64,000 nt of DNA from Amphiscolops sp. MND2022 (GCA_964187785.1 OZ076409.1:80354001-80418000); one strand, 5' to 3'. Shown: positions 11,084-24,009, counted from the stretch's first letter. Translations and numbers: made by a program. The notes: generated by a model not told the origin, from the letters alone.

Positions 11084-12219
11084 ATTGCGCCAAGATTGTA
11101 CATTTTAGTGAATGCACCAACGCAACTAGTGGTTGTATAATAACAATTCCAAAACAGTTTTAGCAACGATAATTTTAACGAAGAATTAACGTAAGAAATG
11201 TGATTACAAACTCAACCATTTTATGTAAATTTAACAATTTAGGTACAAAGATACAGTCATTTAAAAAATACATTTCTCGTACAAAATAATCTCAGTGCGA
11301 AAATTGGAATGATTTCAGGTGATGTCACTAATATAGGCGGTTAATTGGAATGGGTTCTCTGGTAAGCGCGGACGAGGCAGTGACGTCACCTCGTATGCCT
11401 TCAAATCTTGTCTGCGTCTTGCTGACGACAAATGTACATGTACTCTTATTTCTATCGCCGCCTTGTTTACTTAACGCAGCAATATCGACCTCCTAAACCA
11501 CACTATTTGCAGTTCAAAGGGTAATTAAGCTGCCTTTCTTAGAAAAGGCCTAATTCTCCGCCGTGCCACCTCAATGTTTTTTCTTTTTTAGATCTGATTG
11601 ATGTTCTTTTGGGAAATGATTTTGGATATGTTTTCATTTTGTTTTCATTTATATTAGTCTATGATCTCTTTATTTTAAAACGTGTTTTAATTTAGTTTTC
11701 TGGTGGCGAATATTACTATTTTGACGTGACTGAAACGTCTTACCGGAAATGCGCGAAAAATCGTTTTTAAATTCATACCGTCCTTAGTACTCATTTTTAT
11801 TTGGAAGACTGCGTAATCTAGACGTGGTTTGTTTTGTCACAGTTTATCTGTTAGTTTTAATAGTTAAAATAAGTTTTTGCAAACCTCGCGGTGCAGCCAT
11901 GGCCTCGCCCAAAACCGACTCTCAGACACCCACAACCCAGTCCGGGAGCGGACTGTGACAGATGCCAAGAAGAACCATGCCGATCGGCATCGCTTTTTGA
12001 GCATTGCAAAACCTCAAAACAAAGTTACATGTCCCTGTATGACCATGCTACTAAATTTCTACGAAATCGTCAGTATTGTTTGCTGAAAAAAGCAAATTGG
12101 AACCAGTAAGCTTGTCTTGCTGAAACTGGACACAGAATTACCTCTGGACAAAGAGTTATAAGTGAAAGCATCGCCTTCCACAGTGACTTCTGAGAGATTA
12201 CTGACAAGGTCCACTTTTT

Positions 12220-12685
12220 GAACTTTGAAAAAAACGCAGCCAAAGGTTCGTTGTAAGCTGCGTTCTTGAGGTGATATCTCATTACTTTGATCAACGTAGG
12301 CATTTGGTTCATTCGGATGATACACGGTGTGCGTCAGGGCGAACCATAATAAGCGTACCTTAGGGGTGTTTGGTGGGACCAGTACGTTTAGCATTTTCAT
12401 ATTTGATTTGCCGGCTGCTTTGAAAAGCAATTCGAACCTTGTACCGCTTGAACCAATTCGGTACCTTGGAACGTTTGAAAAAGGTTAACCAAAGCTGCGT
12501 AGAAGGCTGTTTTCTCGAAGTGATAATCTGATCACTTTGATCGTCAGAAGCAATTGGTTCATATGGATGATAGAAGTCGTACGTCAGAGCGTGCAATGAT
12601 TGGGGCACTTAAAGGTTTTTTGAAACCAGTTATGTTTTGCATTTTCCATTAAAAAATCTACTGGCTGCTGAAAATCAGTGAACCG
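12220..12685. repeat. Diverged ~250-bp tandem duplication
   Basis: 12220-12440 aligns by eye to 12470-12685 (TTTGAAAAA...CCAAAG...GTGATA...ACTTTGATC...TTGGTTCAT..GGATGATA...CGTCAG.GCG...ACCAGT...GCATTTTC...GGCTGCT). Confidence 0.7.
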
Positions 12686-14424
12686 CATCAGTTTGAGGAC
12701 GATGCTTTAGTTTCGTCCATGACGAATAACTGGCTCAATGTACAGTCTCATCTAGATGTAGAGAACAGCAGAGTGAAGGAGAACAGTATGACATTTGCAA
12801 TCGCACAAATGTTTCAATTTACCTTTCAGAGTTGGTGACTTGAAGTTTTTCCGACAAGGTGTGACTCTCAAATCAACTAAAATGATAATAGACTTAGGAG
12901 TTTTAGGGAGTGATAACCTAAGATGGCATGCTCGTATTCTGCGACAAAGAAGAAAGCTAACAGTGTCTTCAGTTTGTTCAGAAGAAACGATTTCCCTGAA
13001 TTTCAAGCCATCTGCAAACTGGGATCCTCCGAAAGTTTGCTCTTAGCCATTTTTCATCGACGGATTCTACTGTGCTTCGTTAACAAGCGCTTTCATGAAA
13101 AACCTACAGAAACTCCGGCAAAGAGTTTTGCAATGGATAACTGGATTTAAAGACGCTAGTTTTTTAAATCAACACAGCCTGCGAAATCTAATTCCTTATC
13201 TTTGTTTTTGGATTTGAAAAACATTTTGTTACTTGTCAAATTGTCAAATGAGTTAAACCGGATCCAATTTCACAAAAATTCTAATCAGAGTAGATGTACT
13301 AAAAGTTTCAAAATTCTTATCACTAGACTGAAAAAGATGAGATTTGAATTCAATCTGAGAACCTGTCGATTGACCAAAAAGCTACAAAAATTCAAGGATC
13401 TCTCAAGAACTCTGGTAAACATCTAGAACTTCGTGATGTCAGATTTTGTGCAAATGAAGTCTGCAGCTGGATAGTTTTCTATGGTTGTGTTACTGGTGTT
13501 ACTGGTGTCAGTATTAGGTGTTAATCTTTTCGATGCTGTCGAAAACCCACAACAACAACATTAACAACAATAGCAACAACAACGACAACAGCTGGCATGC
13601 GAGGCAAGGAGTAAAAAAAAACAAAAGACCAAAACTATTCGATCAAAAAAATCAATCTTTCAATACAAACACGTCCAAACAACCAGACAAAAACACTGCT
13701 AAATATACCAAAATTCGTTTTAAAAAAGAAATTCACTTTCATTTTTTTAACAATTAAGACCTGTACAAGACCCAACAAACCATGAAATAACCAATGATAG
13801 GCTTTTGCGACTTGTTCCATAAATGAAAAAAAAAGAAAACCTAGCTTTCACAAAATGTCACACAGCGGAAAAAACCAAACAGATCTAAAATATTCTGCCT
13901 TTTCAAATTTGATTTTAGGCAACCCGCTGAACTACTCACACAACAACGCATAGATTAGGAGCTGAAAATATTCGAAGATATTCTTCAAAGTCGCTATCTG
14001 ACGGGCTGACCATTACACCCTTGCTCTGATACCCGCGCAAACCGTCTGATCTTATTAACCAATATAAATATGTCTATATTTAGCGGCCCTGCAGGGCGTA
14101 GCAGAACTTGGCCGTTCAATATTCCGAACATTTTTTGGAGATGATTGATCAAAACAATTTTTGACACTGAAAACACCATCCAGGGAAAGTGCCATCAATA
14201 ATTGTCTTCTTTTCCGAGTTCCTAGACTTTTTGGGTTGATAACATTGCGTCTGATTGTACCTTCCAAAAACGTGGTTCAATTGGTTCAAGATAGCGTCGT
14301 GGGTGTTTTTGATGATATATTCGATACCGGTGTCTCAAACTTGTAATAGTGCACACACTTGCCCTTAACGTTAAACAACCAGCCCTCAGTTTTTCACTTT
14401 ACAACCTTTGCTTCCGCTAGGTGG

Positions 14425-15294
14425 TTTCAGTCGGGGCTTCTAATTAAATTGAGCGCGACTATTACAGTAGCAAGTTTTTTTTTCATCAGATAACAGAATG
14501 TATTCGTGATGGACAATTTTAACAGAAACTTCTAAATTGCTGGACTGGCCAGCCAATGCGAATCGAAGTTCGTGCAAGAGGTCCTCCTTTCATTTATCAC
14601 ATTTTTAATATAACATTGAAAACCGGACAAGTCTGAAATGCTCCCCAGTTTGATGATTTTCGGCACTATGAGAATTGTATTCGAACACTTTTTAACGTCT
14701 CCAAAGGCTCCCCCTTCAGGTGTTTTGATACTTTGCAACAAATTGGAAGTTAGAGAAGCCCAAAGGGTCCCCTTTCACGTTTTTTGTCGCTGTGAGATTT
14801 TGCAAAATGATTATTTTCTATCCACACGAACTGACCAAAATAGTTCTTAAAAGTTCTACAAAGTTGCACTATTTGGTCTAGCGAACTGAACCAAAAAGGT
14901 TTTTCCTGTTTTCCCGCGTAACATACCATGCCCAGCGAGACCAAAGGGTCTCCCCTTCCAATTTTTTTTGGCACTGCGAGACTTTTTTTCCGGATTTTTT
15001 CCCCAAAGGGTCCCTCTTCAATTTTTTGATGTTTTGCGACAAAACCCCTTCAACTGCGACAGAAATGTTGACAATTTCCGAAGTGTCCCCCTTTCAGCGC
15101 GCCAGGGGCTCGCGCTAGCGGGCCCCGGCGCGCCTCTCGGTCCATTTTTTTGAGTATGTAATTTTTTCGAAAATTTTTTTTCGTAAAATTTTCGATTTTC
15201 GAGCACTGTAGAAGAGAATACTTGACACTTGGATGTCTTTTTGCTATTTTTGAGCCTTGGATATGGCGCTGACTTGGGCCCGTCCCGGCTTGTT
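14425..15294 (+). mobile_element. Helentron-associated non-autonomous element (HINE/DINE-1-like), copy A
   Basis: 5' TTTCAGTCGGGGCT..GCGACTA and 3' GCGCTGACTTGGGCCCGTCCCGGCTTGTT. The 14815-15294 part is near-identical (reverse complement) to the copies at 17533 and 45033. Confidence 0.7.
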
Positions 15295-15344
15295 TGTCTT
15301 AACATTAAGCTTTCTCAGTTGCCTAGCACGCTATTTTCCAACTT

Positions 15345-15985
15345 CTCACGTTATATCCAAAGTATATTGCGTTCCACTCAAGACGAAACGGATGATCAAA
15401 AACCTTGCCATACAATCGAATTTAGTTATATTTCAAGACCAGCACTTTTTCGATACTATGCTACTTTTTTTCATTTGTTTTTATCGAATCCTTCCGTCAA
15501 ATTTTGCCAAAATGACACGTTTTCCGAGCATAAAGAACTCCTCAAGATTTTCGTCACTTGCGATTTACAGGAGACATTCTCCCGGAAAAAGTCTTCCTTT
15601 TTCGAAATTAGGTTTTCTCAAAAGATATACGCCGAATCTATCCGAATTTTATGAAGTTATATCCGAAGTAAGTTGCGTTTTACTAAAAAGGATATCGAGG
15701 TTCAAAGATAATGCGCTATTTTCAAAATTGTGAAGTTTTATCCGAACTATGTTTTGTTTTACTGACGAGGAGGTGGTGGTTCGAAAAAAAGCGCTCCCAT
15801 TTTTCCCAGGACGGCATATCCGATTTTTTGACGTTATATCCGAATTTATATTTCGTTTTACTAAGGAGGAGACGGAGGTTCGAAAAAAGAGCTCCCATTT
15901 GTTCCATCACGCTATATCCGAATTTTTGACGTTTTATCCGACGTAAGTTGTGTTCCACTAATGAGCAGGTCGAGCTTCGAAAATA
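15345..15985. repeat. Degenerate ~90-bp tandem repeat
   Basis: Recurrent TATATCCGAA...GTTTTACTAA...GAGGTTCGAAAAAA units near 15350, 15660, 15740, 15835 and 15930. Confidence 0.7.
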
Positions 15986-17532
15986 CTGCGAATACACTTT
16001 TTGTGCTTTTTTCATAAACGTCCTGAGCGTATTTTCGAAACTTTCTGCTTTTTGAACCTCAAGTAAAGTTGCAATTTAAGACGTTCCCGTCTCGTTTCTT
16101 CTCAACCACGCCTGAGAGGACATTGGCTAGCGGCTCAAAGGACTGCAGTGAACTAAAAGAAGATGCGATGTGATCAATTGAGTTCTTTAAAAAAGAAGAA
16201 TTCAATGCTCAAACAAAGCGAACGACAGTTTCGCCGTTTTTGATCTGGAGCCACGTTTACTATTACATATTTCGAATTTCAAACGCCTAGACCTTAGATC
16301 ATAGATTATTATATCCTATCCTGAGTTCATCATCTATATTGTATGACAACCATTTATGGGTATTAAAATCTAATCACAGTAGAACAATTAGAGAAGTTAC
16401 TGAGCTGTGTAAAAACGGCCACACTTCTCGCTGACTTAATTATAACTCGCTGGATACGGTATTCAAACGTGTTTCAATATCAACTAGAACACACCACCGC
16501 TTTCAAAGATATTTGCAACACAGTTGTGACAAATAGCGTCCGTCCATTACACCAACTGATCAATTTACTCATTGCCCACTATTAATTGCCACATTGGCCA
16601 AGGACAAACCTTCAATTTGTTCCATCTACAAGGATGCCTCAACCAGTTGACCCGCTATCACAATTTATGCCAACTTTCCACTATCCCACATAGTTTTATG
16701 AGTCCGTTCACTAGCCGGTTCATTCTTGAAGCAACTTTGTCACTGCCACCGACTGGGTGACAGAGAGCTTCCTTAACACAGCAACTGAGTTTCCACCGAT
16801 AGATAGTGCATTCACACAGTACCCCTATCTTTCGGGACCACTCTCGCTTGGTCAGTTCACCGGTTCTGCAAACCCTCACCTCTAATTCTCTAAGTCTCAA
16901 ACCGTACCAGTTGTTCCAGCAGTACAAACATACATCTTCTCCTACCGCCTATTCAAACCCCCAAAATTGATGCGGGTTGTCTCATTTTTCTTGATTGGAT
17001 CAATATTTTGCTAGCATCAGTTGGTGCTAGCATGTCAATCTCCGTAACTCATCGAATCTTCTACCTTCCAAATGCCGTATCCTAAAAAGCAGAAAGCTTT
17101 CTGAAATAATTTTTGTAACTCTGCTTTTACCATGGCGACTGTTTTGAACATAGCTCAGGAAACACCCTCGCTCCATATAGTGTAAAAACATACGGCATTG
17201 AACTGAACATACCGTTAGAAACCATACGGGAACCCCTACTCTGCTCGACTTACAGCACTGGTTGATCCCTCAAGTCAACGTTCTTGAAACTCTTGGGATA
17301 ATTCCGACAACACAAAACTTTTTTTCCAGTACAAACGCACAAAATACATCCAAAATCAAAGCGCTAATTTGCCAAATTTGTGCTGAATTGCAGTTCAGGA
17401 GCCCAACTGGGTAACTTCGCATCACACATTTCTCCACGATCAACATCCAACCAAACCAATACAAATAAAGCGCGAAACTGTCATCAACAACAAGCCGGGA
17501 ACAGCGCAAGTCCGTGCGCCGCTCAAGGTTCA

Positions 17533-18217
17533 AACAAGCCGGGACCGGCCCAAGTCGGCGCCATATCCAAGGCTCAAAAATAGCAAAAAGACTTCCAAGT
17601 GTCAAGTACTCTTTTACAGTACTCGAAAATCGAAATTTTTTGAAAAAAATTTTTTTTGAAAAAATTACGTACTAAAAAAATTGGACCGAGTGGCGCGCCG
17701 GGGCTCGCTAGCGCGAGCCCCTGGCGCGCTAACGTCTCACAATGCCAAAAAACTGAAAGGGGGGACCCTTTGAGGTTTTTCAACATCCATTCTGTCGCAA
17801 AACATGAAAAAATTGAAGAAAATTTTTTTTATTTCCGGAAAAAAATCTCACAATGCCGAAAAAAACTGAAAGGAGGAACCCTTTGGGATTTTCCAACATC
17901 CATTCTGTCGCAAAACATCAAAAAAATGCCGGGGGGACCCTTTGAGGAAAAAAAATTTCGAAAAAAATTCCGAAAAAAAATTTCTCGCAGTGCCGAAAAA
18001 AGTTGAGAGGGGGGACTCTTTGGTCTCTCCCGGTATGGTATGTTACGCGGAAAAACAGGTAAACCCATTTTGGTCCAATTCGCTAGGCCAAATGGTGCAA
18101 TTTGACACCATAATATTTTGTAGAACTTTTAAGAACTATTTTGGTCAGTTCGTGTGGATAGAAAAAAAAAGAGTCACTATAATAGTCGCGTTTCACTTCA
18201 TGAAGCGCCGACTAAAA
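17533..18217 (-). mobile_element. HINE/DINE-1-like element, copy B (full length)
   Basis: AACAAGCCGGGACCGGCCCAAGTCGGCGCC ... TAGTCGCGTTTCACTTCATGAAGCGCCGACTAAAAA, with internal GGGGGACCCTTT..CATTCTGTCGCAAAACA subrepeats. Confidence 0.8.
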
Positions 18218-18648
18218 AGTAAAGGTTTTTAAATATGCATACGGACACTATACTTTAGTTGCTATCCTTTTACAGTGCCAAAAGATACCCGAAGTGGTGC
18301 GCATAAGACTCGAGAACCACTTTTTCCACAGCTAAAAACAAAAGAAATTAACGGCAATTCGGCTTTTGTTCTTTTGGAAAATGTCGCATAGCGCCAAAAG
18401 ACTCTAAATAGTCCTCTAGGCTCACAAAACATTTCGTTGCTGGTAAAAATCGAGGAGGCTTTCATAAAAGCAATTTGGAAAAGTGTTTGATAGTGTCGAA
18501 AAAGTGACGGCCTTTAAACAACAATATTCGTGTAAAGCGTGCTTGCACACTGAGAAAACCAATTTTTAAAAGTCAAAATAATCAATTTGAAAAGTAGCAG
18601 TGCTGAAATTTGTAAACGGGGGAGCCTTTGGGCGTTTTGAAAACCCAG

Positions 18649-20895
18649 TGCCACGAGCCGCTCCCGGTCGTGGTTGCAATTGGTGCTTTGCGATGGGAAG
18701 AGGACATGGCCGTGGATACTGCAAGTATCATTGAACTATTAATTTATTTCTACTTACAGTACAGCAAAATTACTCGTAGATAATCTCCCAAAACATGGAA
18801 TTCCAACGTAAGCGTTACGGAATATTTTTGGAAAAGAATTAAATTAGTAAAATTTCCGGTACAATGCTTTCACATGTAAAGCTACTCTCTATTTCCGGTT
18901 TCATCTTCTGAAAGTTCCATACCGATCTAAATATTAAAAGAGAAACATTTTCCAAAATTAGATCATCTCTTTCTTCTCCACACTAAAAAGAAAACATTAA
19001 CGATAATATTTAACTCCGTGATCCCAACAGAGTTCATACAATCTAAAATGAAACGAACATAAAAGACAGTATAGAGAAATTGTTCTCCAATATTTGAGTA
19101 GTTGTCAATCTCCACTTAAATCCTCAGTGAAGTGATTTTAGGCAAATGTTTACAACGTTGTGACAGCGTCACTCAACTAAGCCAGAAACGGGTGTTTCTA
19201 TTTTTACGGACCAATAGCATTGCTCCTTAACCGATTTATTTGAACTCAAGCTAATAGAATTGTGATTGGTTGCCCCTAGCAACGCCAACTAGTAGAGAGA
19301 ATGATAATGAAATCAACTAAGCTCCCCGCTTCGTCTCCGTCAGCCACCGCCGCTCAGCTATAACTAATCGTAATACGTACGGAGCATCTACGGAGCGAAT
19401 TGTAAGATTGTTGCCATAAAGAATTATTTCGAACGAATTTCAAACGAGGTTTTTCTTGAATCGACGCATCTATAAGAATTTCAGAAATAGGTCTTCATAC
19501 AAAGAAAGCTGTACTGTAAGGAAGAATTAAAAATTGTGTTTTAAGCATCAATGACATTGTGCTAATACATTAATTTCATAGTCACGTCTACCTTACGTTA
19601 CACCAGGATCTTTCATATGTTTAGTATTAATTAATCTATCACAGAGATATTCCACAGAACGTAACGTAGGGTCAACGTTAATTTAGAACTAAGCGCTCTA
19701 TCTCTGCAGTTGAATTACCATGATGGATGAAGTTATTACTCTAAAGCCTACTCTTTTTCATTGTCAACTTCAATCGATATTTGTGTTGAAAATTGTTCTG
19801 TTTGTTCGTACTTTAAATAATCGATGTTTGTGAAGAATACTGTTTTGCCCATTTGTACCTCGAATTTTGTACTTTGGTATTTCTTCAGTTAAGGCCACGT
19901 ATAGGCCAAAATTGCGTTTCAATGTAAATGTACTTGTAAAATTCATACAATTAGCAGTTAATCACCATCGTGCTTCTCCAGCATCGTTTGTTCCCCGTTA
20001 ATATCTAAATATTCCATTCTCGAATTTTCTTTGCTCCGCTTCTATTCCGTCACAATTTTGCGAGTCATTCTTTTGCTTCGAATTTCAACTTCCTAAGTTG
20101 GAAATTGGCTAATTTATCACGCCAGCGTGGCTGCGCTAATGAAAATGTCAACTAGACGTTTCTTTTACTGCAATTTTGAAGTTCAAACCGGAAGTGGAAT
20201 TGCCTGAACAAAAATGATATAAACAAGATTTTACGGAATAGCGACGCAACTAGGAATTTCACTACCTGATTTTACGATGCGGGACTGAAATAATTTTAAT
20301 CATAAGCGCTTTTTTAGGAACAAACCCGACTTTTGTGATACCTAGGAATTTTTAGGTGAGGAACAAATGATGCTAGGGAAGTATAAAAATATGTAGATCG
20401 AACATGTAAATTCAGTTAATTTTGTGACCTGCAGTATACTTAAATCGTTCCGTTGTTCCAACGTAAAACTAAAATGTTCTTCGAAGAATTCATCTCTTGC
20501 CGAAGACTCCATTTTTCAACTTAAAAAATGACAACTAGAAGTCAGAAAGGGAAAGCAGTATCTGAGCTAGTTTCTGGAGAATTTGAGGCCTCTGGTGGTG
20601 AGAATAGTCCTTCTGAAAATCTTGTAGCAAGTCTCCTAGAATACAATCTGAGAACTTAAACGAGATAAAAACGTCTTTGAGAAAAAAAATATGTCTGATC
20701 TAGCAAAGATGTTAGCCGAAAACCAAAAGGAATTGCTAAAACTCATAGCACCATTGAATAAAAAACAACAAGTCCATCTGAACAACAAGGATTCTGATTC
20801 TGAGCCTGAGAACATCTCCGTAGCTAGAACGTCAACACATGTAAAAACAACAACTGCGACTAAATCCAAAACAACCCCGGTAAATAGTCGTAACA
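18649..20895 (+). mobile_element. Solo LTR (2247 bp) of a Gypsy family related to the element at 4209-11083
   Basis: TG...CA ends (TGCCACGA...TCGTAACA) and a perfect 5-bp TSD CCCAG (18644-18648, 20896-20900). TATA at 20382. Gag-like N-terminus MTTRSQKGK...EIKTSLRKK.MSDLAKMLAENQKELLKL...NSRN from 20528 is similar to the gag N-terminus at 10425-10031. Confidence 0.88.
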
Positions 20896-21573
20896 CCCAG
20901 TTTGTTGCAAAATATCAAAAACATTGAAAGGGGGACCCTTTGGAAAAAAATTTAAAATTTTCGAAAAAAAGGAAAAAACTAGTCACTGTATTAGTCGGGC
21001 ACTTTTCAGTAGAAAAGCGCCAACTAAAAACTAAACACTTTAATAGTAGAGCACGTTTCTCTTAGGAAACTAAAAATACTTTCACTGATGAAAGTTCAGT
21101 TTCTAGTAACGCCAATTTACATAACAACGACCGACATGCGTAAATTACGACACAACGTCATCGCTCCCAAGCTCAAAACCATTCCTCCCGATAACCTCAG
21201 TTTAAAGCTAGCGCGTTAGAGACCCGCATCAAGGTACTCAACATAAATCTTTACACTATTCTCAAAAATTCTCCTGTTTCCATCATCAAGACTGACAAGA
21301 TAACCGGTACATACGCTCTGATTGGCCCTGGTAACAGAGGAGCAGACAATTTGTATCATATCTCAAAACTCCGCGGTTTGAAAATTGGCAAAGAGTATAG
21401 ACTGGATGTACAGTTTTTAGGAGTTTCCCTCTACTTGCTCCTCTCCAAAAACTTGTGACAACAAACTTCATGCGCAGCACGCTGTTACCACCCCTAGTAC
21501 ATTATGTTGAAAGAGACTGACAAATGAACACATGCCGACCCTGCATCAACGTTTAAAGTGGAACCTATCGAAT

Positions 21574-21928
21574 AACAAGCCGGGAACGGCCCAAGTCGGT
21601 GCCATATCTAAGGCTCAAAAATAGCAAAAGGACTTCAAAGTGTCATGTATTCTCTACAGTACCCGCATGGGGAAAATTGAAAAAAAATCCGAATTTTTTT
21701 AAAAATTTTTTTGGTCTCCGGTAAGTCGCATTGTGCTGAAAAATGTAAAAGGGGACCTCAAAAAAGCCTAATTAACCTCTATCTCAAGTGCCAGTAGAAG
21801 TAGTGTGGCAGTGAGTGTTAGTGGAAGTCAGCTTATAAAGCTTATAAAATCTGTCACTTCGTTGGTCTTAAAAAAAATTAAAGTCACTGCTATGGTATGT
21901 GTTTTCTACGGAAAGCGCCGACTAAAAA
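21574..21928 (-). mobile_element. Short HINE-like element, copy C
   Basis: AACAAGCCGGGAACGGCCCAAGTCGGTGCCATATC ... AAAGCGCCGACTAAAAA termini. Confidence 0.75.
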
Positions 21929-23323
21929 GCTGCCACTCATTACTGTTGGAGAACTGGTGTGGTTGCTACGAAATTTTACCCCACGTGTATTTAGGCCTAT
22001 TTGTTGTCAAAGGTGTTTCCCTTGGGCAAGATCGCGAGACATCAGTGTTTTGTGAAGACAGTTTACGGTACTTTCGAGCGTCCCACTCTTCCACGTTTTC
22101 TCTCTGTAACGGGTCTTTCGCCACGACTAAGACTTTTCCGCGGTCCGCTCGCTTCTTGCCTCTTCTCCCTGCAGCTCGGGGACTCACATCATTGACTCTA
22201 TTTCAAGCTTCCACTTCTTTTTTTTTCCAGTTTTTACACTTCTATTAATGTTGTGTGAATCAATCTATTACTCAGTTGACTGAATTTTGTTGGAATTTCT
22301 TTCACATATAACATGATGGTTACTTGCCGCTGGTAGTTCGCATGAAACGCATGTTTCGAGCATAAAATGGGGCACAAAATTTAACAGATAGAGGCTTGTT
22401 TCATCGCTCGAATATTTTCCTGCATTGTTCATGTATTAATTTGAGTCTGCTTTTACTCCCAATAGAAAACAGTGAAAGCTCTAAAAAATGTTGAACCAGT
22501 TGCAGGTGGGCAAACAAGTTTGTTTCAAGGCATCACAGCTTTTCGGCGCATTGTCGAGGTTGCCAGGCGCTTGCCTGCGTTTTTAACAATGACATCCCTC
22601 CTCAGCTCATTGCAATATTTTTACCTAACGACTGATAAGTTTACTCCTGACTGCTGTTTTAAAGTTTGGAGCTCTTCCACTGAACAATTTCACTTTACTA
22701 TTCAGACAGGAAAGATTCAATTCTTCAGAAAGAAAGAACGTGTTTCTTACAGAATTACTCAACTTCTATTGAGTCATCCATCTTCAATTTATTATCCACT
22801 TTTTGTCTACCCAGGCTTGTTTCATTGAACAAAAGAATAGCGGAAACAAAATATATATTCCAAAATTCCACGCCATTATCCGCAGCTGCAAAACTTTACA
22901 AAAGACTAACTGCGATCATTATAACAGAGTGCACATTTAAGCTGAGCTGAGTTGAACAGATGAGATGTAAAGAGATGGGATCTCCAGATTTGCGGGGACG
23001 GAAGAGGCGGTTGAACATTAGTTTATTGTTTTAAAGGTACTACAATTAGACGACAGAAAGAAGAACCTCTAAGGAACGTGCCTTTACCAAAAATAAACAG
23101 TCAATTCTCATTCAACATTTCTGAACCTGCAGAAAATATTCTCTAACGTGCCTTGCAGTGAGGCGCAACATAAATCAAATAAAGTCTAATTAGGTCAAAA
23201 CAGTCGCAGTAAGGGCTTTTAGGAGCACCTTTCACGGACTGATTCATTTGGGGTACGTTGTTTTAGATAATTCGGGTCGCTTCGGTTGATTGACATTGGA
23301 AACCAAAAGGAGTTCTGATAACT

Positions 23324-24009
23324 TTAGATTGCTTTTGTGACAGGTCCAGGGTTTGTGTATCTATGCAAAACTTCCTCGAGTTCTTTGATTCGATTTTGCA
23401 GAGCTTCCCTATCTTCCGGGTCTCCTTTGTTTCCATACGGGTTCTGATTGGCCGTCGAAGACTGGCTATTCGACGGTCCAGATGACCCCCGGGTCATGTC
23501 AAGTCCCCTCGGAGGCACAACTGGTGGTATCTTGGAAGGACATTTGACCCCTCCTCCGCCCCCTGACGAAGAATCCAGACGCTTCATTCTCTCAAAATCA
23601 ACCGGAGGAGGCTGGGCATTGGGTTTATCATCAAATAGGGCTGTTGCTCTGTGATTGGTTGAGTTCTTACCACCATGGCCACTTTGACGGTTGAGGTATT
23701 GTGAGTTGAATTGACGCAAGTCTTCATTCATGTCTGCAACCTGAGAGTCGATTTTTCGAAACACGTTCGAGGCGGGGGACGAGTTTGAAGATCCCCCAGA
23801 CGAGGACTGGTGAGAGGCAGCGAAGGACTGCTGCTGTTGTTGCTGAAACGAAGAAACAGGCAGACCTGAAGATGTTCGATGGTGAACTGAGGTAGAGTGT
23901 GATCGGTGCTGTTGTTGGGAGCCCCCGGAGGACGAAGAGGAGTTCATTTTGGCCATGCTCTCAGAAGGCAGTGTCAGAATTGGTATTTGAGAGACAGATT
24001 CGTTGTCTC
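23324..24009 (-). CDS. Host gene coding exon 7 (last; stop TAA)
   Basis: Acceptor TTTCAG, phase 1 matches the previous exon. Continues ORF 23324..23956 (S/G/Q-rich, C-terminal short coiled coil REALQNRIKELEEVL). AATAAA downstream near 23022. Confidence 0.8.

Larger units (their letters stand above)
17489..21030 (-). mobile_element. Older HINE-like element hosting nested HINE copy B and a solo LTR
   Basis: End AACAAGCCGGGAACAGCGCAAGTCCG at 17489 and opposite end TAGTCGGGCAC...AAGCGCCAACTAAAAA at 20992-21030. The internal GGGGGA.CCTTTGG subrepeat is contiguous across the solo-LTR insertion. Confidence 0.55.

Noticed and set aside
11053..11502. Alternative PBS (TGGTGGTGAGCTG, 11065-11053) with LTR 11066-11502 for the Gypsy element
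   Set aside because: The TSD-bounded solo LTR supports the LTR end at CGTAACA (10031). No partner LTR is visible, though this alternative cannot be fully excluded.
15345..15985. Regularly spaced repeats as a CRISPR array
   Set aside because: Whole units are degenerate copies with no unique spacers, there are no cas genes, and the context is eukaryotic.
11658..16305. TCTATGATCT / AGATCATAGA as TIRs of one large element
   Set aside because: Only 10 bp match, with no TSD or extended similarity.
14750..18232. Similar ORFs (e.g. VSPGMVCYAEKQ, PKSAPYPRLKNSKK) recurring at 15k, 17.6-18.2k and 45k as a possible gene family
   Set aside because: They are translations of non-coding HINE repeats; frames differ between copies and break at homopolymers.
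21966..22248. Short GC-richer ORFs (21966..22187 -, 21805..22248 +)
   Set aside because: No recognisable motif or in-frame splice partners; one partly overlaps a HINE.
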